NCBI GenBank assembly: GCA_963826715.1
Contig: CAWGYA010000007.1
Coordinates: 64,001-128,000 of the forward strand
Source: Candidatus Bathyarchaeota archaeon
Lineage (GTDB): Archaea > Thermoproteota > Bathyarchaeia > Bathyarchaeales > Bathycorpusculaceae
Direction: 5' to 3'
Length of the DNA stretch: 64,000 nt
Shown: one piece after another, positions 46,418 to 56,540 of the stretch
How the letters are laid out: each line of letters opens with the position of its first letter
Numbering within the stretch: position 1 is the first letter of the stretch
The notes under the pieces: generated by a model
What the model was told of the DNA's origin: nothing
Databases searched by the model: none
What the model saw: only the letters and a program-made list of their open reading frames with translations
Made by a program: the position numbers and the translations under genes

Positions 46418-47554
46418 TTATTGTGGTTGGCCCCAATTACGCTTTAAATACTCAGCCATTTCAAAGCCTTCTAAAAGCCTCTTTCTATTTCCATCCCTTG
46501 TCCAAAGGTCTCGAATTTCTCTGCCACCTATCTTATCTTTGAAAAACGTCGGTACGCTTGACTTTTGGATTTGAACAATACATACAATTTCGTCATCTAT
46601 AGGTTCAAAGCTAATTGTAATTAGTCCAGGTATGTAAGGTTGGATATTTTCGATTATGATATTTTTTAGATGGTTTTCAAATCCATCTCTGTTTCTGTTC
46701 TTTGGCTCAGTAAAAGTCTTAAAGTCATTTTTAATACCCAGGACTTTCTTACTTTCGTTCTCGACTCCAATTATCAACCTTCCTCCTTCACTGTTCAGAA
46801 AAGCGCATATTTCCTGGATTGCTGCTTTCTCCAATTTAGGATCACCTATTTCAATACCTTTTTTGGCGGCTTCATAATTATATCTCAAACTAGCTTTGAA
46901 TTCAAGGCATTGTCCTTCATCTTTTAGCAAAAAATTTTTGAGGTTTGAGTTTGCTTGCTGTGGTTGATTATTTAAAATTGGCTTAAGTATTTCCTCCATG
47001 AATTCATGTTGAGCATTAGAAAATTCAAGTGAGAGAAATTCTGGAGAATAATCTGCCAATTCTAGCTTTACAAGGTCGCTGCTCGTAAGCCTGTGTAAGA
47101 AAGAAGATGTTCCGCTTTCTCTTTCATCGGATTTGTTGATATAGAAAGGTATTAGGACATTTCTGTAATAATCTTCGTCTAGTAATTTTTTTATAAAGGC
47201 ATAAAGGTCTTCTCGATACTTTACGTTTTCTTCGCAGGAGTCTGGAAAACCATTCTTTTTGACCCATAGGCAGAAAAGCAAATGATTTATCAGATCGTCA
47301 AATTCTCCGATCTCAACACTAAAGTCCTTCTTTTCAGAAAATATTTTTATCTCGTCAACCATGGGAGGCAGCTCCCGTGATTTATAGAGCCCAAAAAATG
47401 TGCAAATTAGAACAGGGTCAATCTTTCTTTTGAATTCGGATATATTCGCTAGAGATTTCTCTTGTATCCCTTGTTCATCTGCTTCAATTGGTGGAATTCC
47501 TCTTATTATTTGTTTAAGATTTTCTGGAATCTGGATATTTCCTTTAAGCTTCAT
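46418..47554 (-). CDS. PbeD-position protein fused to a C-terminal Schlafen/AlbA_2 domain
   Basis: Last gene of the pbe-like operon. C-terminal EGQCLEFKASL...ICAFLNSEGGRLIIGV...G...R.GN is the AlbA_2 signature. Confidence 0.8.
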   Translation of the reverse strand: MKLKGNIQIPENLKQIIRGIPPIEADEQGIQEKSLANISEFKRKIDPVLICTFFGLYKSRELPPMVDEIKIFSEKKDFSVEIGEFDDLINHLLFCLWVKKNGFPDSCEENVKYREDLYAFIKKLLDEDYYRNVLIPFYINKSDERESGTSSFLHRLTSSDLVKLELADYSPEFLSLEFSNAQHEFMEEILKPILNNQPQQANSNLKNFLLKDEGQCLEFKASLRYNYEAAKKGIEIGDPKLEKAAIQEICAFLNSEGGRLIIGVENESKKVLGIKNDFKTFTEPKNRNRDGFENHLKNIIIENIQPYIPGLITISFEPIDDEIVCIVQIQKSSVPTFFKDKIGGREIRDLWTRDGNRKRLLEGFEMAEYLKRNWGQPQ

Positions 47555-49433
47555 TGAGTACCGCCTCTTCGTTTACTATTTGCGTTGGATTAGATGATAT
47601 AAAAGGCCCAAAATCAGCGATTTCAGTAGGCAAGCAAAGGAGTATAATTTGTTGATGATTTGCAACTAAGTGTCTTGCTAGTTTTTCTCTGTGACTACCA
47701 ACGTTTCCTGATGGTGTATCGACGATTATTGGGTCTATTAGCGTTAAAGCTTCGGCAAAACAATAGGATAGAATGAGACGACCTGAATAGCCACCTCTTT
47801 CACGCCCATAGTGACCATCTTCACCTAATACAAGTCCTTCTTCGACGGAGAGCCTTGCAGAAAACTTTGCTCCCAAAATTGATGAAACCCCTTCTGAAAT
47901 GACTCCACTGATTATATCAATAGTTTTAGATTTTATTGTTTCACCGGCAGCCTCGACTTTGCTTATGGATTCATCAATTCTATCAATGATAACTTTATTT
48001 TCCTTTAACGTTGAGTTTTTGCTTTGCAACTCTGCAACTTGCTGTTTCAGATCTGATATCCAAGAATTACGTTCATTTAGTTTGCTTAGCAAATTGGCAT
48101 TGTTTGTAATAATCAAGGCAATGTCCTTTTGTATTAGTTCTCTTTCAGTGAAAAGTTGGTTATCCTCTGTGGTGAGTTTTATATTATTTATTTGGTTTTG
48201 GATTCTCTTGCATTCATCAATCAGGTTCTTGATTTCCTTGTATTCTTTCTCGGTATCGAGCACATTGGTTCTCGGATCAAGTGTTTTTTGTAAAAATGTA
48301 TGCACATCTGGATCGGCAATTACAGATTCTAATGCCAATATGTGTTGTCTCGAGAATTCATCCAATAATCTTCCACAGATTTCGCATTTTCCAGATGATA
48401 GACAATTTGAGATTAAATTCTTTCTAAAAGGTTCAGGTAGATTTCCTTTTTCTCGTACTTGAGTCTTAAGCTGATTAATTAATTCAATATCGGCACTATA
48501 CCATTGTGAAGCAAAGGCATAGATAGCGGAGCGTTTACGTGCAATTTCAGCAGTTTTGGTTTTCAAGTCGTCGTCAAATCGTAGTTTTTGAACAATTTCG
48601 TCTGCCTTAGCCTGAGTTATCTTGTTTTCAAGCTCAATAAAACGTTCCTGTTGGCTCTTTAGTGCTAACGAATTGGCAGCCATGTCAACCTTAATTGAAT
48701 TCGTTTCTTTCTCAAGCTGACGCAAATCTTCAATCGCAGTTCTTAGACGCCCGATTAATATTTCTAGTGCCTTATCGGATACTTTTGCATTAGCTTCTTC
48801 CAGAAGTCTATTTTTTAATCCGTTAAGCTTTTCTTTATATTCCTCAATTCGGGGGTGAGTTGCCCTTTGGTTTACAAGGAATAATAAGTCACCTACCTTT
48901 TCAGAATTTGAAGAAAGCTGCATTAATTCACGTGCTTTTTCTCCATCGAAACAGAAAAAGTCTGCACATTCTTTGAACCGCAATTCATCTTTCAGAAAAT
49001 CGAAAACTGCGTCCCCTGTTAACACATTTTTCCCTTGGTCTATCTCTAAGGTATCGTAAACCTCCCTGATTATATCGGAGTTTGGTTTATGCTCTAGATC
49101 AGAAATTCCATCAATAGATCGTGTAAATTGGTAAAGATGCTCTTTCCCTTTTTCGTCAAATGCGGAAAATCGGATTAGTATCTCGCAATGTTGAGGGCCA
49201 TTTTTGGATTCGTCAAGAACATAAGCGTGAGTAAACCATGTGTGACTAAAATTATCGACACATTGACTTTGGGGATATTTAAAGCACCACCTCATTAGTT
49301 CGATGGTAGTCGTTTTCCCTGTATTACCGTCCATAACAAAAATAGTGTGCTGACCTCGCGGATTCATTTTTAGAGTAAAGTATCTCCCACGATAGCCAGA
49401 TACTTTTATTAGCAAAAAATGAATGTTCCTCAT
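47544..49433 (-). CDS. pbeC: SMC/Rad50-like ATPase, PbeC-like
   Basis: GNTGKTT, FCFDGEK, long coiled-coil, CEICG hook, IIVDTP. Confidence 0.75.
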   Translation of the reverse strand: MRNIHFLLIKVSGYRGRYFTLKMNPRGQHTIFVMDGNTGKTTTIELMRWCFKYPQSQCVDNFSHTWFTHAYVLDESKNGPQHCEILIRFSAFDEKGKEHLYQFTRSIDGISDLEHKPNSDIIREVYDTLEIDQGKNVLTGDAVFDFLKDELRFKECADFFCFDGEKARELMQLSSNSEKVGDLLFLVNQRATHPRIEEYKEKLNGLKNRLLEEANAKVSDKALEILIGRLRTAIEDLRQLEKETNSIKVDMAANSLALKSQQERFIELENKITQAKADEIVQKLRFDDDLKTKTAEIARKRSAIYAFASQWYSADIELINQLKTQVREKGNLPEPFRKNLISNCLSSGKCEICGRLLDEFSRQHILALESVIADPDVHTFLQKTLDPRTNVLDTEKEYKEIKNLIDECKRIQNQINNIKLTTEDNQLFTERELIQKDIALIITNNANLLSKLNERNSWISDLKQQVAELQSKNSTLKENKVIIDRIDESISKVEAAGETIKSKTIDIISGVISEGVSSILGAKFSARLSVEEGLVLGEDGHYGRERGGYSGRLILSYCFAEALTLIDPIIVDTPSGNVGSHREKLARHLVANHQQIILLCLPTEIADFGPFISSNPTQIVNEEAVLNEA

Positions 49434-49624
49434 TTTTTATTCCCCTTTAGCAAACGTTTGATTTCCTCTAATGATATAGAATCAATTTTGTTTTGACGAA
49501 CTAATTTTAGAAGAATGTCATCACCAGCTTCAGCAAGAAGTTTGTCAAATTCAGCATTCATTACTTCTTCAATCCTGCTTTGAATAGCAATTTGTTTTTT
49601 ATCATTATCTACTCTTTTGGTCAC
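49430..49624 (-). CDS. pbeB: Small protein, PbeB-like
   Basis: 64 aa gene between the helicase and the ATPase, overlapping both. Confidence 0.55.
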   Translation of the reverse strand: MTKRVDNDKKQIAIQSRIEEVMNAEFDKLLAEAGDDILLKLVRQNKIDSISLEEIKRLLKGNKK

Positions 49625-51386
49625 TCAAATCACCTGATATTTGATCAATAGATAATAGTGTTTCATAGCGTTCTCTTTCTAAAAGTAAGGGCTCGCCATT
49701 TGTTTCGCAAAAAACTACGTCTATTATTTCAGCTATTGTGTGAGGGCTTTTTTGATCAAAACGTAACGCACGACCGATTTTTTGTATCCAGTCTCTTTCA
49801 GATTTATCCGAGCCATGAAGGATAACTTTATCAACCTTTGGCAGATCGAACCCCTCTGAGAGCATTTTTTCTGAAATTAAGCAATAACCTACGTTCTTTT
49901 TAAATTGATTGAAGGCATAGGTTTTGTGATCTTCACTTTTTGAGGAATCGTAAACATATGTTGACGCTTCGGGGTTCCATCCGGGTTGCTTAGTTATAAA
50001 ATCCCTCAGATGCTCCGCAATCTCGTTTGTTTGCACAAAAATAATTGAAGCTTTATCTGAAAAACCATCGATATGAGAAGTAATATAATTTTGCAGAACT
50101 CTAACGCCACCCGGTAAGCTTCTTAGCCATCTAGCACGCTTAATAGCTGCTGTCGGTTCATTAGCTCCTCCCAAGGTAGATTTACCGATTTGAATAGCTA
50201 CATTTTTGCTAAGGCTTTTGAATTCATCCATTTCTGCGAGAGTCAAATTATACTTTAAAGGGATGTATCTTAGCGGTTTTAATACTGCAGTGGAATTTAG
50301 CCTATTCCAATAGGAGTAAAAACGCTGCAACGAAATTTCGAAACGATTGTTATTTCCATCCATGAAATTAACGAAGTTTTTTACTTCATCTTCCCTGAAT
50401 GAATCGATGGTCGCTGAAAGACCAAGTCTATACGTTTGGTTTCCAAAAGATTGAATTAAACTACTAAATTCACTTAAATTATCTATATGACCATAGGAAT
50501 TATGGCACTCATCTAAAATTAGTAATAAGGAGGGCTTTAAAATTTTTGCTCGCTTATAATACTCGCGATATTGATCAAAAAATCTACTATATAATGTCAC
50601 TAAAACTCGATGGCTTGGATCTGCGAAGTAAGATCCCAAGTTGTTTAAATCCGTACCCCATTCTAAATTTGGTATGTTCGCTTGGTCTAAAAGTCTTCTC
50701 CATTGATTTAAGAGCGTAATTGTCGGAACTATCACTATAGAAGTCATATTCGAATCTTTACCAAAAAGGTATTGTAGGTATGTAAAAGCAATCTTAGTCT
50801 TGCCTGTACCGGGCGGGATGTTTACGATCGAACTGGTTTTATCTTCTAACCAAGCTAAAACCTCAAGTTGGTGTTTCCACAGAGAAGAGAGTAATTTAGG
50901 ATCAAATTTCGAATATGCGGTCGTCGTTATTGGTGACTTTTTAATAGGCAGATCGGTATTTGGGATCAAGCTAAGATCGGCATAAATTTGAGGAACATTA
51001 TCCCAAATTGTTTTGCAATTGGAAGTTAAATAAAAGAGTGACTCGAAATTCAAGTTCGAATATTCAGAAAGATTGGGAGAACCAACCGCTAAAAATTTTA
51101 TTTCCCCTTCTTTTTTAAACAAGAATAATTTAGCATGAATTAATGTTAGATTTTCTGGAATAGTAAAAAATGCAAGTTTCTTTAGTTTCATGAGATTAAC
51201 TAATTCTTCTGAGTGTTCTGTTGAATAGGTAATTTTTTCAGCATTTGACCAAATAGCAATTCTTTTCAGCGAAGGGTATTCTTTAAAAAGCCTTAAAACA
51301 AGATCGAGACTGACATTATACGCCATGCATTCAAGCTCGTCGCACTTTTCGATGTCCAAGCCTTTGGATAGCATTCGTTGAAGCAC
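49605..51386 (-). CDS. pbeA: PLD-nuclease plus SF2 helicase, PbeA-like
   Basis: HAK...GSPN PLD motif; PPGTGKT, DECH, SAT, EGFDLP, QKIGRALR helicase motifs. Confidence 0.8.
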   Translation of the reverse strand: MLQRMLSKGLDIEKCDELECMAYNVSLDLVLRLFKEYPSLKRIAIWSNAEKITYSTEHSEELVNLMKLKKLAFFTIPENLTLIHAKLFLFKKEGEIKFLAVGSPNLSEYSNLNFESLFYLTSNCKTIWDNVPQIYADLSLIPNTDLPIKKSPITTTAYSKFDPKLLSSLWKHQLEVLAWLEDKTSSIVNIPPGTGKTKIAFTYLQYLFGKDSNMTSIVIVPTITLLNQWRRLLDQANIPNLEWGTDLNNLGSYFADPSHRVLVTLYSRFFDQYREYYKRAKILKPSLLLILDECHNSYGHIDNLSEFSSLIQSFGNQTYRLGLSATIDSFREDEVKNFVNFMDGNNNRFEISLQRFYSYWNRLNSTAVLKPLRYIPLKYNLTLAEMDEFKSLSKNVAIQIGKSTLGGANEPTAAIKRARWLRSLPGGVRVLQNYITSHIDGFSDKASIIFVQTNEIAEHLRDFITKQPGWNPEASTYVYDSSKSEDHKTYAFNQFKKNVGYCLISEKMLSEGFDLPKVDKVILHGSDKSERDWIQKIGRALRFDQKSPHTIAEIIDVVFCETNGEPLLLERERYETLLSIDQISGDLSDQKSR

Positions 51387-51542
51387 ATTAAGCCCAAGAT
51401 CATGTTCTAACTCTATCCTTCAATGCCCACCCGTAAGTAATTATATATCACAGTTTAGACTCAATCTCAACTGTGAATATATGGATCAATTGAGTTAACG
51501 CCGAATAGGTACATTAATTTTGCGTATATTTTTCAATTCAGG

Positions 51543-52712
51543 CTAGATTTTAAGCGAGGAATTTAACATATTCAGTTTCTGAACATTTTGAATAATTAAT
51601 TTCGAAGCAAATTCTATCTCTTCCTGTGTGTTATATCTCCCTAGCCCTAATCTGATAGTTGTATACGCCCTTTCTTCTCCAAATCCTAAAGCAAGGATAA
51701 CATGTGAAGGCTTAACCCTAAGAGTTGTACAGGCAGATCCCGTAGAAATTGCCAGTTTATTATTCACTGAATTAATTAATGCCTTATTTTCAACGCCGCT
51801 AAATGAGATGTTGATATTATGAGCTAGCCGCTGAGTTGGATGTCCATTTAGCTTGACAAGGTTGCATTCAGTTTCAAAGTTCTCTATTAGAAATTTCGAC
51901 CATTTACAATATTGTAAATTTTCCATATCCATTAGTTCAACTGCTCTTTTTAATGCTGACGCCAACCCTACAATTCCTGGGACATTAAGTGTTCCAGAAC
52001 GTATCCCTTTCTCATGTCCGCCCCCAAATATAATTGGCAGAGGTTTGGCTGCCCAATTGCTGTTTCGTACATACAATGCACCAATACCTTTAGGTCCATA
52101 AATTTTATGTCCAGAAATGGAGGCTAGGTCTATGTTGTTAGCGTTTACATCAAACACTATGTGTCCTACCGCTTGTGAAGCATCTGTATGAAAGGGTATA
52201 CCGTGTTTACGCGCGATAAAACCAATCTCTTTTAAAGGTGCTATTGTGCCGATTTCATTATTCGCGGTCATAACACTAATTAGGGCAGTTCTTTTAGTGA
52301 TAGCTTGTTCGAGTGCTGGTAGATCAACAATACCGTGGTTATCAACTGGAATATATGTTACTTTTTTACCTATACTTTCTAAATATCTGCATGTATCAAG
52401 AATAGATTTGTGCTCTGTGACGCAAGTTATTAGATGGTTTTTCTCCGGATCCTTTTGAGATATGCCTTGCAATACAATATTATTTGATTCCGTTGCTCCA
52501 CTTGTAAAAATTATGTTCTCTGGTTTAGCATTTATGCATTGAGCAATTTGTTTTCTTGCTTTTTGGACGGCCTCGAATGCGTCAATTCCATATTGATGGT
52601 CGATACTTGAAGCATTACCAAATTTTTCAGTAAAATAGGGTAACATTTCTTCAAGAACTCTGGGATCAACGGGTGTAGTTGCGTGGGAATCTAGATAAAT
52701 TGGGAAGTTCAA
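51543..52712 (-). CDS. dndA: Cysteine desulfurase DndA/IscS
   Basis: YLDSHATTP, HTDASQ, SGHKIYGPKG, GSACT; located in the dnd operon. Confidence 0.93.
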   Translation of the reverse strand: MNFPIYLDSHATTPVDPRVLEEMLPYFTEKFGNASSIDHQYGIDAFEAVQKARKQIAQCINAKPENIIFTSGATESNNIVLQGISQKDPEKNHLITCVTEHKSILDTCRYLESIGKKVTYIPVDNHGIVDLPALEQAITKRTALISVMTANNEIGTIAPLKEIGFIARKHGIPFHTDASQAVGHIVFDVNANNIDLASISGHKIYGPKGIGALYVRNSNWAAKPLPIIFGGGHEKGIRSGTLNVPGIVGLASALKRAVELMDMENLQYCKWSKFLIENFETECNLVKLNGHPTQRLAHNINISFSGVENKALINSVNNKLAISTGSACTTLRVKPSHVILALGFGEERAYTTIRLGLGRYNTQEEIEFASKLIIQNVQKLNMLNSSLKI

Positions 52713-53083
52713 GCGGTTTTCTCCTTAGGAAGTAAATCCCGAAAGTCTTGGATAGTCTTTACTCGGTCGAACAATACATTTGCGCCCCGATTCATATGTG
52801 CTCTAAATTGTGGAAAGAAATCCTGATCTAGATCTAAATTGTCCTTTAACATACGCTCTTTTAGCAAAGCAACAAAAAGCTTGTCCCATTCACCAATTAA
52901 GGTATACCGGTTTATTTCTTGCCCATCTTCGTCATAGTTAGCCGGGTTAGGGACAACAGGATCGCTAAGTGATAGACAGAATCCGATCCTACAAAGTATA
53001 TTGGGTGTTAAACCCGTTCGCCCTTTTAGCATAGATAACCGAGCGGTTGCTGATTTGCTTAATCTGAGTCTATAGAAACTCAC
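52709..53083 (-). CDS. dndE: DNA sulfur modification protein DndE
   Basis: L..LKGRTGLTPNILCRIGFCLSL. Confidence 0.92.
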   Translation of the reverse strand: MSFYRLRLSKSATARLSMLKGRTGLTPNILCRIGFCLSLSDPVVPNPANYDEDGQEINRYTLIGEWDKLFVALLKERMLKDNLDLDQDFFPQFRAHMNRGANVLFDRVKTIQDFRDLLPKEKTA

Positions 53084-55107
53084 TGTTGTGCCTCCGTATT
53101 TTTCCAGAAGTATCCTTCTCTAACGGTAGTTTTGCCCATTGGGGGATTGTATTCTAAGCTATACGCTTTTGAAATGTTAGGATACAGCAAATTGAAATAT
53201 GGTTGGTCTACTTCGGTATTAGTGGAAAAGATTATTATTTGATGGGAGGCATTCGCGAGAAAATTCTTTAGGACATTTCTCCTATGATCTATGTCAAGTC
53301 TTCCTAATGGCGTATCTATCATAAATGGTAGCTGTCTGCCAGAAGTTTTGGCAAGGGCCCAAATCATTGCCATTGCATAAATCTGCCGTTCTCCTGCGGA
53401 GAGCTCGCTTTTTGGAAGGGGATCGCCATGAGGTGTGAATAGCGTGATGTTAAAGTTTGTTATTGAAACAGTTGCATTACCAATCAAGTTGTCTTTTCCA
53501 ATTAGAAGGTTAAAACATTCAAGAAAGTTATCTTTAAACGCAGTTATTTTTTCGTTTCTTGTTTCCTGCAAATAATCTTCTATTACTTTTTGCGCTTTTA
53601 TCCCAAGTTGGATTTTTCTATTATGTTTGTCAAATTGGGTTTTTTCTTCCAGAAGCTTTTCTTGCTCATCTATGCTGATTTTTAGCTGTTTAGCGTTTGC
53701 TTCAATTACTTTTTCTATGTTTGCTTGGTTTTGTAATTCTCTTCCAAGTTCTTCATGCAGTTCGCCCAGCTTTATGAAATATGGTTTTAGTAGTTCATCG
53801 GAGGGGGCATTGGAAATATATCCATTGATTGTTTTTGCTTCAGATTCCAAGAATATTAACGAAGAGGTAAGTTCCTCTAACTTAAACGGCGCCCTACTTA
53901 ATGCGGTTTCAATCCATCGCAGGAGGTCACGTCTTTCAAGTGATGATATAGCGTGGATACTCTCTTTTGGACTACCATTCATTTGTTGTAGCCTATTTCT
54001 TAGAGTTTTAATTGCCTCACTCGCGACAAGTTCTTTCTCATCTTTTGATAATTTTAGGGCATCAAGAAATAGAGCATTGCTTATATCCTTCGTTAGGTCA
54101 TTTGCTGCCAAATTGAGGTAAGCAAGGGCTGCCTGCCTTTGTTGGACTTTTTCTTCATTCTTAAGTCGATTCTTAAGGGTAAGGCATAATTGAGGGGTAA
54201 ATGTAAAAGGAAGTAATTCGGCACATAAAGTGCGGATTTGTTCTTTTATCGTCTCAATTTTCCCCTCAAGTTCTTTTGCCTTTTGTTTATACTCTTCTCT
54301 TTGAGATGCAAAGCCTCCGCCAGCGGTAGAAATTGCTTGCTCTTGGCTTTCAATTTCAATGTTAATTCGAGAAATCTTGTTTTGGAGGTTGGCTTTGGTT
54401 TGTAGAAAAGAGTCTATTTCTGTTTCGATTATTTTTCTTTGTTTCTGAACCTCGAAAAGTTTACGTTCAAATTTTTCAGGGTCTCCCGCTGATTCTTTGG
54501 CTATGAATGTTTTAACGTCATATCTAAGGTCTTCAATCAGATCTAAACCTAATAGTGAGTTAATTGAGCCAATAATATGTTGATTTTCACCTTGACCACG
54601 AGATAGACTCTGGATTTTTTCACCATCAAATAAGAATAGCTTAGAAAGACCTGGCGGAATGAGCTCTATTAGGAAGTTCTGCCATTGTTCTTCATCTGCT
54701 TCTTTTAGAGCTTCATTGTTTTGAATAACAGCAAGTGTTTCTATAAGCAGGGTACCATTGTAGTTCCAAGTTCTTGTTACTTTGTAATTGTCGATCACGC
54801 CCAGCTTAGGATAGTCAAAGGTTAATGTTATTGAAGTCGTTGTCGCTTTGGTTCCATCAGGATTTCTATGGATACGAGCAACAATATGCTTATTGTATAA
54901 TGATTTTGGCATTTTTTGGCCTTTAAATGCATCACCATATAGACAAATTTTGAAGGCTTCAAGCAGAGTTGTTTTTCCACTACCATTTTTTCCGCCAAAA
55001 ATGATGATGGGTTGGCATCCATCGGATGATTTTTTGGGCATAAGATCAAAGGTTTGTTCTTCAGAAAATACGCCGAAATTTGCTATTTGAAGACTTTTGA
55101 ACCTTAT
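53080..55107 (-). CDS. dndD: DNA sulfur modification ATPase DndD (conserved N-terminus starts at ATA 55107)
   Basis: NFGVF, GGKNGSGKTT, LFLFDGEKI, LSAGERQ, IDTPLGRLD..HR. Confidence 0.92.
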   Translation of the reverse strand: MRFKSLQIANFGVFSEEQTFDLMPKKSSDGCQPIIIFGGKNGSGKTTLLEAFKICLYGDAFKGQKMPKSLYNKHIVARIHRNPDGTKATTTSITLTFDYPKLGVIDNYKVTRTWNYNGTLLIETLAVIQNNEALKEADEEQWQNFLIELIPPGLSKLFLFDGEKIQSLSRGQGENQHIIGSINSLLGLDLIEDLRYDVKTFIAKESAGDPEKFERKLFEVQKQRKIIETEIDSFLQTKANLQNKISRINIEIESQEQAISTAGGGFASQREEYKQKAKELEGKIETIKEQIRTLCAELLPFTFTPQLCLTLKNRLKNEEKVQQRQAALAYLNLAANDLTKDISNALFLDALKLSKDEKELVASEAIKTLRNRLQQMNGSPKESIHAISSLERRDLLRWIETALSRAPFKLEELTSSLIFLESEAKTINGYISNAPSDELLKPYFIKLGELHEELGRELQNQANIEKVIEANAKQLKISIDEQEKLLEEKTQFDKHNRKIQLGIKAQKVIEDYLQETRNEKITAFKDNFLECFNLLIGKDNLIGNATVSITNFNITLFTPHGDPLPKSELSAGERQIYAMAMIWALAKTSGRQLPFMIDTPLGRLDIDHRRNVLKNFLANASHQIIIFSTNTEVDQPYFNLLYPNISKAYSLEYNPPMGKTTVREGYFWKNTEAQQ

Positions 55108-56538
55108 GCTGATTCCTCCAATCTCAAGCTTTCAGATCTCTTCTTTTCAAGAAGTACCTCTTCTTCGCTTCGCCATTCTGCCGAAAATACTTGGTTTATT
55201 TTCTTGTGAATTGATGCTCTTCGGGTCATTCCTTTTGATTGAATAGCTGCATCCAGTAGTTTCATAACCAGTCTTAGCGGAACGTCATTTTTTATACATA
55301 TTTCCTGTAACCTAATCTTATCTTTTAATGAGAACCCAATGTCGTCATGTATCCACTCAAGTTCTTTACCGGTTATTTCTTGGTATATTTTTGGCACTGA
55401 GTCTTCCCAATCGCTCTCTTTGGAGAGCCATAAGCGTCTGATTTCGAAAAGTTCCTTATGTGAGACTAAACATACGCTATGTTTCGAGTTATCTATGCAG
55501 ATTTGAGCCTTGAGTAAGGTGGCTAAAAGCTGTTTGCGGAAGTCAAGGGTATAGGGACCTCTTGTAATAGTCCCTGAACCATCAGATTTAAACCACACTC
55601 TACCATCCTTTCGTTTATAATCTCTATAAATATGCTTATTCCAAGGATCTTGTGTTTTAACTAGAAGATCATGTATGTCTAGCAGCGGTTGCAACCATGT
55701 TTCTCCTGCATCAATGAGAGCACTTAATGATTTGTCCTCGTTGACTAAGGTACAGACCCAGCATCCGAATCGGCTATTGCCGCAGGTAGGTGTTGTTTCA
55801 TCGACGACTAAGGGGCACTCTCCTTGCGCAGTTTTGTATAATGCGACGAGGTCTCGATTTTCGTTCCCCCATGGTGATGGAACTTGGAGGAGATATGACC
55901 AAACATCATTTACGCTCCATTCCTTGATTGGTGTATAGACGAATGCGCCTGAGAAGGTTGAATGCCTTGACAAGAGACTATTGGGTATCTCATAGAGACT
56001 AATTACTTGAGCACGTGTCGCACTCTCTTGGCGACGCACACCTAAAATTAATACTACTTCGCCATGTTTTGAAAGATGTTCGGTTATGAATCTATTTGAG
56101 GGGTTTATTTTTAGACGTTCTGTGCACCATCTAAATCTCTGTGATGGAGCTGGGTATCCTTTTCCAAGTAAATTAACCCAAAAGCTATCAGCTATAACCG
56201 GTTTCAATCTATGAGTTATTATGGGTAAATTAAGCTCTTTTGCTTTAGTAGCTACTCTATTGAGACTATTATTAACTATATCTACCATGACAGGTGTTTC
56301 AACTAAAGTGTCTGTAGCAATTACATGGATTGGTTTGCTTCGTTTTTCAGGTGGCAATTCAGAAATGGCATAAAAGATTAATTGGAGAACAAGTTGTGGA
56401 GTCTTTACCTCCACTATAACCTAACACCCAAGGCCGCTGATCTGAGTGATAGACTTGTTGGATTTCTGTATAGATATCCCGCAGACTACGTTTATCAAAT
56501 ATAGACGGTTCTACTGTTTGATCACTATTTTCAGCCAT
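55104..56538 (-). pseudogene. dndC: DndC (PAPS-reductase-like), split by a one-base frameshift near 56391-56396
   Basis: ATG 56538 frame gives PWVLGYSGGKDST and then stops. The remainder (DTLVETP, FRWCTERLKI, SRFGCWVCT) lies in another frame. Confidence 0.88.
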
Positions 56539-56540
56539 GT

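Noticed and set aside
47899-48462. Long antisense ORFs in the dnd/pbe cluster (also 53627..54121)
   Set aside because: Shadows of coiled-coil coding sequence on the opposite strand.
51543-52712. Housekeeping iscS/nifS
   Set aside because: Translationally coupled to dndE inside the dnd operon, so called dndA.
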